Position numbers and translations under genes: made by a program. From Macrostomum hystrix (lineage: Eukaryota > Animalia > Platyhelminthes), in assembly GCA_950097015.1 (NCBI GenBank), contig CATNEN010000038.1:19778001-19842000 (forward strand): a stretch of DNA of 64,000 nucleotides. The letters are read 5' to 3'. Shown here piece by piece: positions 34,917-47,211 of the stretch. The notes under the pieces are model-generated. The model did not search any database and had not been told where the DNA came from. It saw only the letters and a list, made by a program, of their open reading frames with translations. Position 1 is the first letter of the stretch, and each line of letters begins with the position of its first letter.

Positions 34917-37824
34917 TCATTCGCAGTCCAGCAGGTTCTCGACAGCGGCAACAAAAGTGGCCAAATCCAGCAGGCTGCCCAGCTCGAAGTGTTTCTCCAG
35001 CACGCGGCCAAAGTACTCCGGCGAGCGAGCCAGCGTGCCGGCCAGGAACTGCAGCTCGACGCCGGTGAGGCCGCGCTTCTCGATCTCGGCCGGGAGTCGC
35101 TGGTCGCGGCACCAGGCAGCCACGCGCTCGGCGTCCCAGGCTCGAATCGACGAGGCCACTCGACTCCGTCTGGGCTGCTGCGGTTGAGTCTGAAGCTGCT
35201 GAGACGATCCAATCGGAGGCAGCACCGGGGACTGTGTCGGCAGCTCGTGACCTCGGCGCTGGCCAGTCACCGCGGATCCCGGGCGACTGCTGGACACATT
35301 CTCGAGTTGATTGAAATAACTGCCAAGCGCATCAAGAAGCTCCTGAACTTTCGCCTCGAAGGGCTGCTTGGTCTCGGTGAGGTCGTACCGCAGCTCTGCC
35401 CTGGTAAGCAGGCCCAGCCAGCCACTGGGTCTGTATCGGGGCTCTAGCAACAGCGGGATTAGCTTCTTGCCACATTCGTGCGCGTACTCCACCTCTGGAA
35501 GATTCAAGTTATTCATGCTTCCGTAGAAACAGAACGCTACCTCAGATGACACATTTCGTAGAAAGTGTGCGAAAAAGCTCACAAATAGCACTGTACACAA
35601 AAATCGGAACACCCTTCAGCTGATCCAGCGTCAAAGCGTTCTGATTGGGACGTTCAGAAGTAGCTCTCGACTTGCTATCCGCTAATACCAAGGTGGGACG
35701 TGGCACATTGACACACCTGTGAACATACTCACCTAGCCTGCAGTTGCTGCTTTCGTTATATAGTCGGCTGATGCACATCAGCACAACACTGGAGCCTTCA
35801 ATTCCGTCTGCCATGGCCTGATACACCGAGCCAGTCTTCATGTTTTTGAAATCCACCCACACATCCACCTTGGCCGCAGTCAGCATCTGATGAAGCCGCT
35901 CTACAATGGCCCTGCTGCCATGGTTGTAACTGATCATAACACGCCGAGACGGCTTGCTGCCAGCCGCGGCGGTTGAGGCTGATCTTCCAGCACTGCCAGG
36001 CCTCTCTGTGGACTCCTGCAGTTGGAAGGCCAGGCCCTGCAGCTGCTTGGAGCTGCGCCATTTCTCACTCGACTGCAAGTGAAATGCGAGTTTGACGCTA
36101 TTGGTTGCCTATGACAGCGCTCAGTTGATTTTTAATCGAGCAGGTTTATCCTTACCTGCAAGCCAGTAATCGATTCGTGAAATTCTGTCCAAATCTTCTG
36201 ACGGAATTTTTTGCTGAAGCTTAACGTAAAGAGGATTTCGATTCCCTCCGCAACGTCGTCGTCGTTGGAGCTGCTAAGCAATTTCGTTAAAGTTGGCAGC
36301 AGGTTTAGCTCGATGAGCAGGTCTTTGTTTGCATCGTTCAGGGCAAGTCGCCTTATGCCTGTGCAAGGGGGTTTATACTCATATTAAATTATACGTAACT
36401 TAAATATTCTTGTTAAGCACCTTCTGGCTATAAACCCCCAATATGAAATCGTCCTTTCAAGACGCCTTCCGGTTGGAAACCTTCCGGTTGGAATTCCGGT
36501 TGGAAACCTTCCGGTTGGAAACCTTCCGGTTGGAAACCTTCCGGTTGGAAACCTTCCGGTTGGAAACCTTCCGGTTGGAAACCTTCCGGTTGGAAACCTT
36601 CCGGTTGGAAACTCAGGTGGATAAACTGTACCAGTGAGCGGCTCTGCCGTAAAAATGTAAACTCACACTTTGCCACCTCCAAAACGTCATAGCCACGCCA
36701 GTTTCTATTTGGCGATTCCAGTGCTCTGCGCAGATTCTCGATTAGAAAGGCGATGTTCGCTCGGGCACCTAGAAAAACGTCACTTTGCTTCTCGTCGACT
36801 GCGAATGCTATCAGAACAAGCGCAGCCGTCTGAAGAAAGTGGGCATAAAAATGTATTTTTTTTAATTTACTCAGTATTTTCCTTGACTTTTTGTGTAAGT
36901 CGTATACTTATTTTTTTTTAATTTTAACCTAATTCAAACCGGTAAGGTGAAATAGTACCGAGAGGAACCACGAGAAGAATATTTCAATTCTTCGACGATT
37001 CTTGTCGAAGACCCTGGTGACAAGGACAAATGACATTGTAACCAATAATAAAAAGTAACTAAAATGAACTATATAATCAACAGAATCTAATTAACATCAA
37101 CAACCGACATTGTTACATAATGAAATTTTGAGATACAGAAAAAAAAGAAAAACGTGAGCATTTGAATTATTCCGCGGTATTTCTACTGTTAACTCACTGA
37201 AACTGTTGTGTCGGCACACTGCAGATAGGGCTTCGTGCAGCTAACCAAATCGAACTCGGACAGCCGGCTGAATACCTCCGAGTCGTTCTTAAAGTAGGAA
37301 TTGAACACAGCGCCAATGGTAAAGTACACAGCGTTGCCTTTCATTGTTCGCGTTTCCAGCGGCTTGGCGTCCTGACTCGACAGCAGGCGAGGATAAAAGT
37401 CTTTGAAATACTTCTCCTGCTGGCTAAGTTGCCGACAAAAGTCCAGTGACCAGTTAGTGCAGTTCAAGAAAATACTAAACATTGTTTGGGAGATATTGCC
37501 AACGATTCCGTGGAAGATCTTGGCTCTCGAGCCAGACTCTCTGTCCGCGTTGCCAAGAGCGGCGATCATGAAATCGATGCACGCTGTCACCAGTCCTGAT
37601 TCCCGTAATGACTTTGTGAATTCGGGGTGATCCGCGCTATTCTTTGATTCGACTAAAGACGCTATCTCGCCCAAGCTATGCTGCAAGATAAGTGCGTCAT
37701 TTCCGTCGTTTTCTAAATCCTGGAAAGAGGTGCCAATCGACTTCAAGCAATCGGCGGCTTTGGCTACTTCAACGCAGCCCTCTTTGATTTTAGCCATCTG
37801 GCTACTTGCCGATGCACTGAGCAT
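34917..37824 (-). CDS. ARM-repeat / TIR / SAM-like domain protein; exons 37824-37198, 36829-36667, 36358-36156, 36108-35733, 35494-34917
   Basis: The frame is continuous across four GT-AG introns. ARM-like [24 protein letters not shown]; TIR_2 motifs [46 protein letters not shown]; C-terminal SAM-like W...VAAW...GLTGVEL. Confidence 0.88.
36467..36611. repeat. 15-bp intronic minisatellite (CCTTCCGGTTGGAAA)
   Basis: Read directly. Confidence 0.95.
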
Positions 37825-38329
37825 GTCTACCTCCAGGTAATCTTGATTTTTTAACACACCAGAAATGAAACATTGGCACAAGTTGAACCGTAACCATTAG
37901 CTGTTATAAAGATGTACTGCAGTAGCTACTTGTCTGTCAGCTCCCATCGCATGGCAACAAAACCAGTGCTGTACTCTCATTGTTGCTGTTGAGTACGCTC
38001 ATTCAGTCCTGAGTACAGTCTTAGAGCAGCTCAGTCAGACATCATCTCAGTACATAGTGAGTGGGTACAGTGGAAGCTTCTGTGCATTCATTAGCACCTG
38101 CATTTTTGCCCCTCTGTTCCAAAAACTATCTTCGTGTCTTTCCCTCTGCACTTTTCTAAGCACCTCTTTGCCTCACTAATGCATGCACTTTTATCATTTC
38201 AAAGAAAATTTTAATTAGTCAGGAAAAATCGTTTCTATGACTGTACGCTCCTATTTGAAAATAAAACTGCACATTGAGAACAGAATTTCGTTTATTCGTA
38301 TATGCTCCAGGGCTTAGTACGAGTATAAA

Positions 38330-38907
38330 CGAGGGGTATTCCAAAAGTCCTTTCCCTTTTGAGCATAGCTCAGAATGTATAGGTCTGATTGCAAAGCGGT
38401 TTTCGATGGCTTATAGAACTTTTTCTGTGCTTCTTTTGACACCAGACTTATTAAAAAAAGGTCTACTTTTCACAAAACGCTAGGCGTTTTACTATGGAGA
38501 TCTAGTGAAAGGTTTACAGAAACAACGAACTCAAGAGTCGAGGCACCCAGCGGGCAGAAAGCTTCACCAGACCCAGCTCTTCCGTTAGCACTCGGTAGAC
38601 AGTTGTTGTGGGAGGCAAAAAATCATGTCAAGATTATGGCTAAAATTTGCTTTCTTGGGCTTTAAAATTAAAGTCAACACAATACAAGACTTGGTTTTTG
38701 GCAGAAAAATCAATCTTTGTAAACCTAATGGTAGGTGTCTATGGCCTATGCCCATATATCTCAGAAACAGATTTACCGTTTAGCATAAGCTTGGTGTCAA
38801 AAGAAGCACAGAAAAAAGTTCTATCAGCCATCGAAAACCGCTTTGCAATCAGACCTCTACATCCTGAGCTATGCTCAAAAAGGAAAGGACTTTTGGAACA
38901 CCCCTCG
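38330..38907. mobile_element. Tc1/mariner-type MITE with about 120-bp TIRs
   Basis: CGAGGGGTATTCCAAAAGTCCTTTCC...GACACCA is inverted at about 38790-38907. The right flank is TA and the left flank AA; CGAGGG ends are typical of mariner-like elements. Confidence 0.8.
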
Positions 38908-38921
38908 TATATTATAAAAGC

Positions 38922-41900
38922 TTACAAACTTTGTCTGCAATGTAATAAATTATTAGAAAAAAAAGTACAAAACCTTATAGCTACATTTGTTAGTAGTGCC
39001 AGAAACAAAATACAATTGTTTGTCGACATAGGAATTGCCGAATTCACATAGATTGACGCATTGATCGTATCAGATAGGTGCATCTCGCTGTTCCTGGCGA
39101 CACATGTCACTGCAATGACCTGCAGGTGAGGGAATTATGTCAAGTGTATTTCACTGCGCGTAGCATGAGTATTTTAAACCGCCGCGGACTAGAGCTCAGG
39201 GACCTTGATTCGAGGTCGATCGCGTAATCGCTCTCATACCTCTTTGCGAGCACATAGCAACAATATATATTATTCAAATTCAGTCTAAGCGTCATTTCGG
39301 ATGCACTATAATTTTAATGCTACAGAATACTGTAGCTCAGTCGTATTCACAGCCTAACGAGCAACGGCAGTTCACTAACAGTAGAAAGACCACAAGGAGA
39401 ATGTGTATTTGAAATAGCCCGTGGTATACTCTTACTTTTAAAGTATGCATATTCCCGTGCCCAAAACCCAACAACTAATTGCTCTTACATCGCCGTCTTT
39501 CGCCAAACGTGAAACGAACAGAGTTTCATTGAGAATCCAGACTGCATCCGACCGGTTAGTGGTCACTTCGAACTCGATCGTTGGAAATCCGTCAGCCTTG
39601 CACGTGACGTACTCTGCGTGCTGCAGTGTTATCTTATCCGGAGTAGGGAAGTCTGCAAAATTATTTGACGAGAATAATATTAATATTGATTAACAATTTA
39701 TTACACCTGCCCCGATCGGGCGGGATGTGTATCTGAAAGCAGGAATGCAGCGAACGGGTGTTCAGTTCATCGACTAATTACGAGTAGCTACCCCAGCTAA
39801 TGCTGGTACCTATGTAACTGCTGTATGAACTGAATAAGTGTAAGATTAGATTTCTTGCTCAAGGACACACATTATTCCTGTAGCGTCGTGATTGAAAAAA
39901 AAGTTTATTTCGTGAGTCGGACGACCTAACTAATAGGCCTAGTTTTAGTTGGTTCATCTATCGATTTCAGGATAATAATATTGCTACTTGCAGACCGGGT
40001 TATGGGCCTTGGTACAGCCAGCGAGGAGGCATTTCTGCCCATTCCGCTAACTTCTCAGCACAGATACCATACGCATGAACACGCTCACACGCTCAGTGTT
40101 ATGCATCTGCTCTGGCTTTCTCATCGTCAGGCAGTGTACACTTTCATTGTTCGTTATGCCTTGGATGTCTCAAGAGCGTAAACTGCATGACAAGCTCACA
40201 AGCCTTCTTTTCATGGCTTGGCTCCACAGAATCGAACTCAGGGACCTCGGTGCGATAGACGAAAGCTTTAGACCGCTCTGCCACTCACCCCCTGAGTATT
40301 TACAGAGGGCCAACTCAACTCCCTTACGTCGAAATCCCAAATTATTAAAGCTCACTTACAGCCGAGATACCGAGATCTTATCCGTTCGTACTCCAATTCA
40401 TTGCGCACCCGTGGATTATCGAAATAGGCTGGAAACAAGTAGTTAATCTGCAGTAGGCCTACTGCCACCCTTAGGCCGCGTCTATCGCCCCAGTCCTTTG
40501 CAACGCGACATTGTATCTCAAGGCCGTGGTGGGATAATAGTGCTAGCTCCCCTTTCCATTCTAACAAGCCCATAGTTTGAGTTGTTAGGACAGTCTGAAA
40601 ATAGAAAATACATGGTGGTATCATGACCATGACCTGCAATATAATATTAGATCGTTGTCCTGTTTGATACAGCATGAATTTAACCGCCGGTTTAACGAAT
40701 TAATTGTCTTGCCTAAGATCAAAAATTGTTCCAGTGGAGTCGAGAATCGAACCCCACACCTTCGTGAGTCCGACACTCACTAGGCTACTATCCTAGTGGT
40801 TCTCAAACTGCCATACTATTCGCAAAGCAGGCAGCTAATTACCACACTCGTCAGCAGCTCCATTGAGTTCACTCCAGGCGCGCCAGGTGGCGGCGGTCGG
40901 ACCAGGATCAGCTCGATGACAAATCTAGAACCAGTTGGGCGGGAATTCGACACGGAACAGTTGGCGGACAGAGGATCGCCGCGCCGATAGGCCTTCAGCA
41001 GCTGCAGCTTCGGCTCGCCGATGGCATTTTCAAACACCTGGACAGGTGAAATTGGAATGGTTTGCAGGTTAACGGAGCAAAGCTTCAAGGCTCCTTTGCT
41101 TATTAGGGCTTAGTTTAGGCTGATTTGCTTGATACATTGGGGAAGACGAGCGGTTAATAATCCTGATGCATAAGATCCCCACTAGCGCCCCTAAATCACT
41201 ACTGACGCGCCCAAATCCCCACTGACGCCCCAAATCCCCACTGACGCCCCAAATCCCCAATGACGCCCCCAAATCCCACTAGCAGCCCCAAATCCCCATT
41301 GACGCCCCAAATCCCATTGACGCCCCCAAATCCCACTGACGCCCCCAAGTCCCCACTGACGCCCCAAATCCCAAATGACGCCCCTAAAATCCCCACTGAC
41401 GCCCCCTAATCCCCACTGACGCCCCCAAATACCCACTGACGCCCACCAAATACCCACTGACGCCCCCTAATCCCCACTGACGCCCCCTAATCCCCACTGA
41501 CGCCCCCTAATCCCCACTGACGCCCCTAAATCTACTGACGCCCCCTAATCCCCACTGACGCCCCTAAATCTACTGACGCCCCCTAATCCCACTGATGCCC
41601 CTAAATCCACTGACGCCCCCTAATCCCCACTGACGCCCTAAAAATCATCATTGGCGCTCCAAAATCCACAATGGCACCCTCAAATCCTCACGGGTCCCCC
41701 AGATTTCTCCTGACACCCCACAATCCCTGCTGGCTCCCTTAAATCACCTCTTTCGACCTCACATCCTTGGTGGCAGCCTCATATCCCTATACTGGCTTCC
41801 CTAAATCCCAACTACTCTATTAATCTAAAAAAAATCCAGGCTTCCCTTCTATAACTATCTAAGGGACACCACTCTTAAGAGTTTCAATCTAAAGCTTGTC

Positions 41901-43995
41901 ACGGAGGTTCCTGACAGCGAATTTCTCTCTCACCTGCAGCTGTACAATATCGCTAGTAACGGTCTTGGGCTCAAATTTTTTTTCGCCTTCGATGGTTCTG
42001 TCATTAGACACCACATTCTGCATACTGCTGACGCATTGGTAGTAAGCCTGGGTGGTCCTGCTGGCTTTTATTTGAAAGAGGCCCCAGCCCTCTTTGGTAA
42101 TCATGCCAACAGTTTTCAGCTGCGGGTTTCTGTAAAGGAGTTGGTTGTGCTTTATATAGAGAATATTTTAGTAGCTAAGTAGCTACAGTGTGCGCCCAGA
42201 CTTGGCTTGCCCAAATTTCAACGTAGATTGGAAATCTAGTGGAACAAAACCATACAATAAACAAGTTGAAACATACACCGCAATTAGGTTCTTGAATGTA
42301 CGAGTCCTGTAGATTATTATCTGATAGTATGCTTCATTGTTTTTCTACGAGTTCGGCAAGCCAATATCGGCAAGCTAACATCGGCAAGCAAACATCGGCA
42401 AGCTAACATCGGCAAGCAAACATCGGCAAGCCAAATCGGCAAGAAAACGTCGGCAAGCAAACATCGGCAAGTGAACATCGACAAGCAAGCATCGGCAAGC
42501 AAAATCGGCAAGAAAACGTCGGCAAGCGAACATCGGCAAGTGAACATCGACAAGCAAGCATCGGCAAGCAAACATCGGCAAGCAAATTTTGTCAAGTAAA
42601 GTTTGGCAAGTGAACATCGGCAAGCAAACATCGGCAAGCAAACATCGGCAAGCAAACATCGGCAAGCCAAATCGGCAAGAAAACATCGGCAAGCAAACAT
42701 CGGCAAGCGAACATCGGCAAGCAAACATCGGCAAGCAAACATCGGCAAGCCAAATCGGCAAGAAAACATCGGCAAGCAAACATCGGCAAGCAAACATCGG
42801 CAAGCCAAATCGGCAAGAAAACATCGGCAAGCAAACATCGGCAAGCAAACATCGGCAAGCCAAATCGGCAAGCAAACATCGGCAAGCAAACATCGGCAAG
42901 CCAAATCGGCAAGAAAACATCGGCAAGCAAACATCGGCAAGCCAAATCGGCAAGCAAACATCGGCAAGCAAACATCGGCAAGCCAAATCGGCAAGAAAAC
43001 ATCGGCAAGCAAACATCGGCAAGCAAACATCGGCAAGCCAAATCGGCAAGAAAACATCGGCAAGCAAACATCGGCAAGCGAACATCGGCAAGCAAACATC
43101 GGCAAGCAAACATCGGCAAGCGAACATCGGCAAGCAAACATCGGCAAGCAAACATCGGCAAGCCAAATCGGCAAGAAAACATCGGCAAGCAAACATCGGC
43201 AAGCAAACATCGGCAAGCAAACATCGGCAAGCAAACATCGGCAAACAAACATCGGCAAACAAACATCGGCAAGCAAACATCGGCAAGCAAACATCGGCAA
43301 GCCAATATCGGCAAGCAAACATCGGTAAACATACATCGGCAAGCGAACATCGGCAAGCAAACATCGGCAAGCCAATATCGGCAAGCTAACATCGGCAAGT
43401 GAACATCGACAAGCAAACATCGGCAAGCGAACATCGGCAAGCCAAATCGGCAAGCAAACATTGGCAAGCAAACTTCATTGACCCGACCCCTCTACCCTTT
43501 GCTGTTAAAGTCAGTAAGTCAGGCCTCATACCTTGGCTTGTCGCAGTCTCTAACTGGCTTGCACACAGACTCCTGAATGTAGTTCCAACAGTTCAGCTGC
43601 TCTTCCGGAGTACTCAGCCGGTGAGTCGGAGCCAGTAGCAGGCGCTGATGCGTGAATCCGTGCTGCAGGATCTGCAGGCTCACACTGTTGGACAAGTAGC
43701 CGTTCTCTTTCTCCGGTGTTAGCAGGCAAAAAACAACAACAGTGCTGCCAATCACTACTCGATGATCTGGGTAGAACATCAGCCGGTTGGGGTTCTTGTT
43801 TGCCTTTTTTCCCGATAGTTCCACAGCTTGGTTCTCCGCAAGGTAAGCAGCGAGTGCCTGCTCTTTGTCAAACCAGGGTACTTTAGAAAAAAATTCTTCG
43901 TTATTGTTTTCTTGTGTCGCCATGGTGACTGTAAAGGTACACATAAGAAATGTTACAAATGCAACTAGAACTGCTTGAGTCGTGACGAATTTCAT
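38922..43995 (-). CDS. Immunoglobulin-superfamily cell-surface protein (about 3 Ig-like domains, signal peptide, hydrophobic C-tail); exons 43995-43532, 42129-41934, 41037-40843, 40594-40360, 39652-39489, 39119-38922
   Basis: All six exons join in frame through GT-AG. Ig cysteine pairs: VVVFC...AYYQC, SANC...IQCRV, VTCKADGFP...VTCVARN. Confidence 0.78.
39700..39940 (-). mobile_element. SINE family B (CORE-like), degenerate; further fragments at about 40690-40790 and 55960-56050
   Basis: The reverse complement has GTGTCCTTGAGCAAG...TTCAGTTCA...GGTACCAGCATTAGCTGGGG and ends GGGGCAGGTGTAAT, like 53470-53765. Confidence 0.65.
39972..40292 (-). mobile_element. SINE family A copy
   Basis: Same head, body and (TAA)n as the other copies. 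Confidence 0.8.
41175..41645. repeat. About 19-bp intronic minisatellite (CCCCTAATCCCCACTGACG)
   Basis: Read directly. Confidence 0.92.
42352..43472. repeat. 14-bp intronic minisatellite (AAACATCGGCAAGC) with 13-bp variants
   Basis: Read directly. Confidence 0.96.
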
Positions 43996-46900
43996 TTTGA
44001 ACTATGCGTATAGCCGGGTATTAAAAAAATGACTTTGACTTTTTAGATTTCACTAACTTTGATAAAATAATTTCTAACTAACTGTATTAAAACAACAACC
44101 GCGCCATAGACAGACAAATCATGCTGTTTAAAAAGCTCATGAGCTCAAGAATATTTATAGATACATTTTATACAATTTTTTGTGTTGTTTTTTTATGGCA
44201 TTACATGTATTGAAGTGTCCTGATAATTAAACAAGTGATGTAATCAGCAATCAAGTGATTATGGCAACAATCAAATGAGGTCTTCAGAAGCACTATTGTC
44301 AATAAGCCGAACATTTTCTATTTAGGGAAAGAATAAAAATGCTGGAACAATAAGTTTCCTGCAATCTTTGACCCCCTGACAAGGAGATTTCAGGCCAGTG
44401 TAATATTTGACAAATAAGCCTATAGGCAAACCTACGCGGGGCACAAAGAAGATTTAAAGCTAGGTGCTAATTGCCTACTCACCGGGGTAGGTGTCCTACC
44501 AATCAGTTCAATAGTGTAGCAGCGGATATGAATATTGATGGTGAATTGAGAAGGTTGATGTTAATACTCACAATGACGATCTACCAGATGAAATAATTAT
44601 AACGTGATTTGAACACAATACTGATATATTTAATTTGGTGAGTTATATAGATTGGCAGGCTGGCAGCTTGAGCCTGATGGGTGGAATCGCACTGATCTGC
44701 GGCCACTTTCTATAGCCCTAGGGTGTCTTCTCACCGGGGTAGAAATTCAACGAGGCCGGATCGCATTCTGATTGGCCGGGGCTCCAGCCCAGGGTAGAAT
44801 TGACTGCGGTGATTGGCTGGCCCAAACCGGCTATGCGTGAATTTCTAAACCTAATTTCTTAATTGAAATATGAATTTCAAATTTCTTAATCAACTGTGTT
44901 TGAAAATATACGGAACACTCGCTTTACTCATACTGTACACCTGGCTTGGAAGCGGTGCCGACGGCCGATAAGCGAGAGCGAGCCCTGGAGTGCTCGCTGT
45001 AGAGCAGGGCCTGCTCTACAGGCCCCTAGCCGCTTCGCTACGCCTCAAGTGTGCACTACACCGAGAGGTTGCCGTCCAGAGACATGATATGGCCCGTGCA
45101 AGCATTCCAGTCCTGACGATCTCCATGCGCCGGTGTCACCAGATGCTGCTGGGCCACTGCCAGTGGATTTACGGCGGTGGCGACAAAGTCCCATTAGCGC
45201 TAGCTGGTCCCTCTTGCATTAGCCGACGGGGCACAATCACCATGGCCAAAGGCGAACTACGATATATTAACAGAGAAACACTTACATTAACATTAGCACA
45301 TCCATAGCTTGCTCTGGAAGCATTCGCTTTAGAATGAATTTGATCTTCTTTGACAGATGATAGCTAGCGCATTCAGACAAAAAGATAGTCTACTATTTTC
45401 TGATCTCTTAAATATAAGGAATCGAGAAAATAGTTTTTATATTTGATGGGGCAATCATTTGAAATAAATAAATATTAAATATAAAAATCAAACGTGAGTA
45501 GCAGGTTGGTTTAACGGGTGTTTGTTTTAAAAGTGTTCCTAATTAATTATCGTATATATAAAATAAATCATTAGTTAGTTATAACAATATGTAAGTACAT
45601 TCGCAGTGTTTTTGCTGTCGATATAGACAATATGTTTATTGATCATGCAATTGATTTTATTTCTGGTACGCTATTACCAATTATTTAAGATACACTGCAG
45701 TGTCATTATTACACAAGATGGTCAATAACAGCCGTAATACATTAGCATTTGATGTTGACAATTAGAGGAAAGAAGAGAATGCGAATGAACTGAGGTCAAA
45801 GGTGACTCGAGTGCGCTTCGTATACGACACGAGCGTACATAGGAGTTTTTAAACTTATAAGTTGCGCCACAAAGTGTAATTTAACTAAACAATTTAAAAT
45901 TCACAGCTTTATACTTTCGCGAAGACTAAAACTGAAGAAGTGAAGATACTTTTGTTGCGAAAATTAGGTACAATGCTTTTTATTTGATTTTGCAAGCTTT
46001 ACTGGGATTGATGTTTTTCATGAGTTTTCCTCAGCTTTTATGAGCAGACATTTTTATCTTTTTTTATGGCTGGCTAGCTAGGCCTAGTCAGTTATTTTAC
46101 TGACTTGTAGGCCTAGCTATTCCCCGACCTGATTTATTTAAATTTAATTTATTTAATTATTGCTATATATAAGCATATAAAATGTCACTTTCATGTGATC
46201 TAAGAGCATGCTTTCAATAAGAAACTCTAATTTACATAGCTATACATAAATTTGTCTTTGAAAATTGCTGGAAGCAAATAAATTCGTAATGACAAAAGCT
46301 AACAAGTTGAACAAGCTAACAAGACATTGATTTTCACAAGTTACTACAAGTAGCCCATTTTGGAAAATTTCCATTGTAGAACTTTCAAGAATGTTTTGTT
46401 TCCAGAAAAATAATTTTAATTAATATTGATTTCAATTAAAATTTTGCTTTTATACCATCTTTAATCTACCTATGCAGTCTTTAGGGCCTAAGCTACATAT
46501 TTCAGTAACACACAATTCAAATGTTCACAAACTAGGAATTATAAACAAACATGACAAAGAAAGGACAATAAAATAACACATTTACACATTTAGATTTAAT
46601 GTTCATTTTATAGACAAACTAATGCCAATAGGGCATCACTCTAATATCAGTAGGGTTCACATTGCTACTAATTGGTTGTGCAGCCATGTAGTAGTTAAAA
46701 GAGAGTTCAGTGTTCTTAAATATTCAAATTATCTTTTTATGCTTCATTGGCCATATACTTCAGCATTTTTAACTTCACATCATCCAAGGTTAAACCAAAG
46801 GTGATTTTGGTACAATTTCAAAGTGTAATTAAATTAGTTAAATGGATAAAATGTTAAGCCTTAAAAACAATAGTAAGGTACTAGCAAGTTATGCCCCCCT

Positions 46901-47211
46901 TCGGGGAGCAGAAATATTTTTGATTAATATTAATACTAGCCTATCTACTTTTATTTGCTGACTATATGTATAGGGTATTATTTGTTAAAGAAATGGTTCT
47001 CTAAACTATATCTGGCTGATGACATTGCCCATTTATATTCAAAACAAAATTTTGTTTTAATTTTTTGAAAGTGTTTTAAAATATAATATATCACATTTCA
47101 GCATTATATCAGGTGACATTGGCTATTTATTGCTGCTTGAAAGCTATGCGTCCTTAAATAAAAAATAAATCGACACTTTTTCTACTGGATTCCTCACAGA
47201 ATTAAACTATC

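Noticed and set aside
38647-39051. 134-aa plus-strand ORF
   Set aside because: It runs through the MITE arm and is antisense to the last Ig exon.
44380-45310. GC-richer island with a repeated CTCACCGGGGTAG motif, possibly a TE remnant
   Set aside because: I could not define termini, a TSD or a coding motif.
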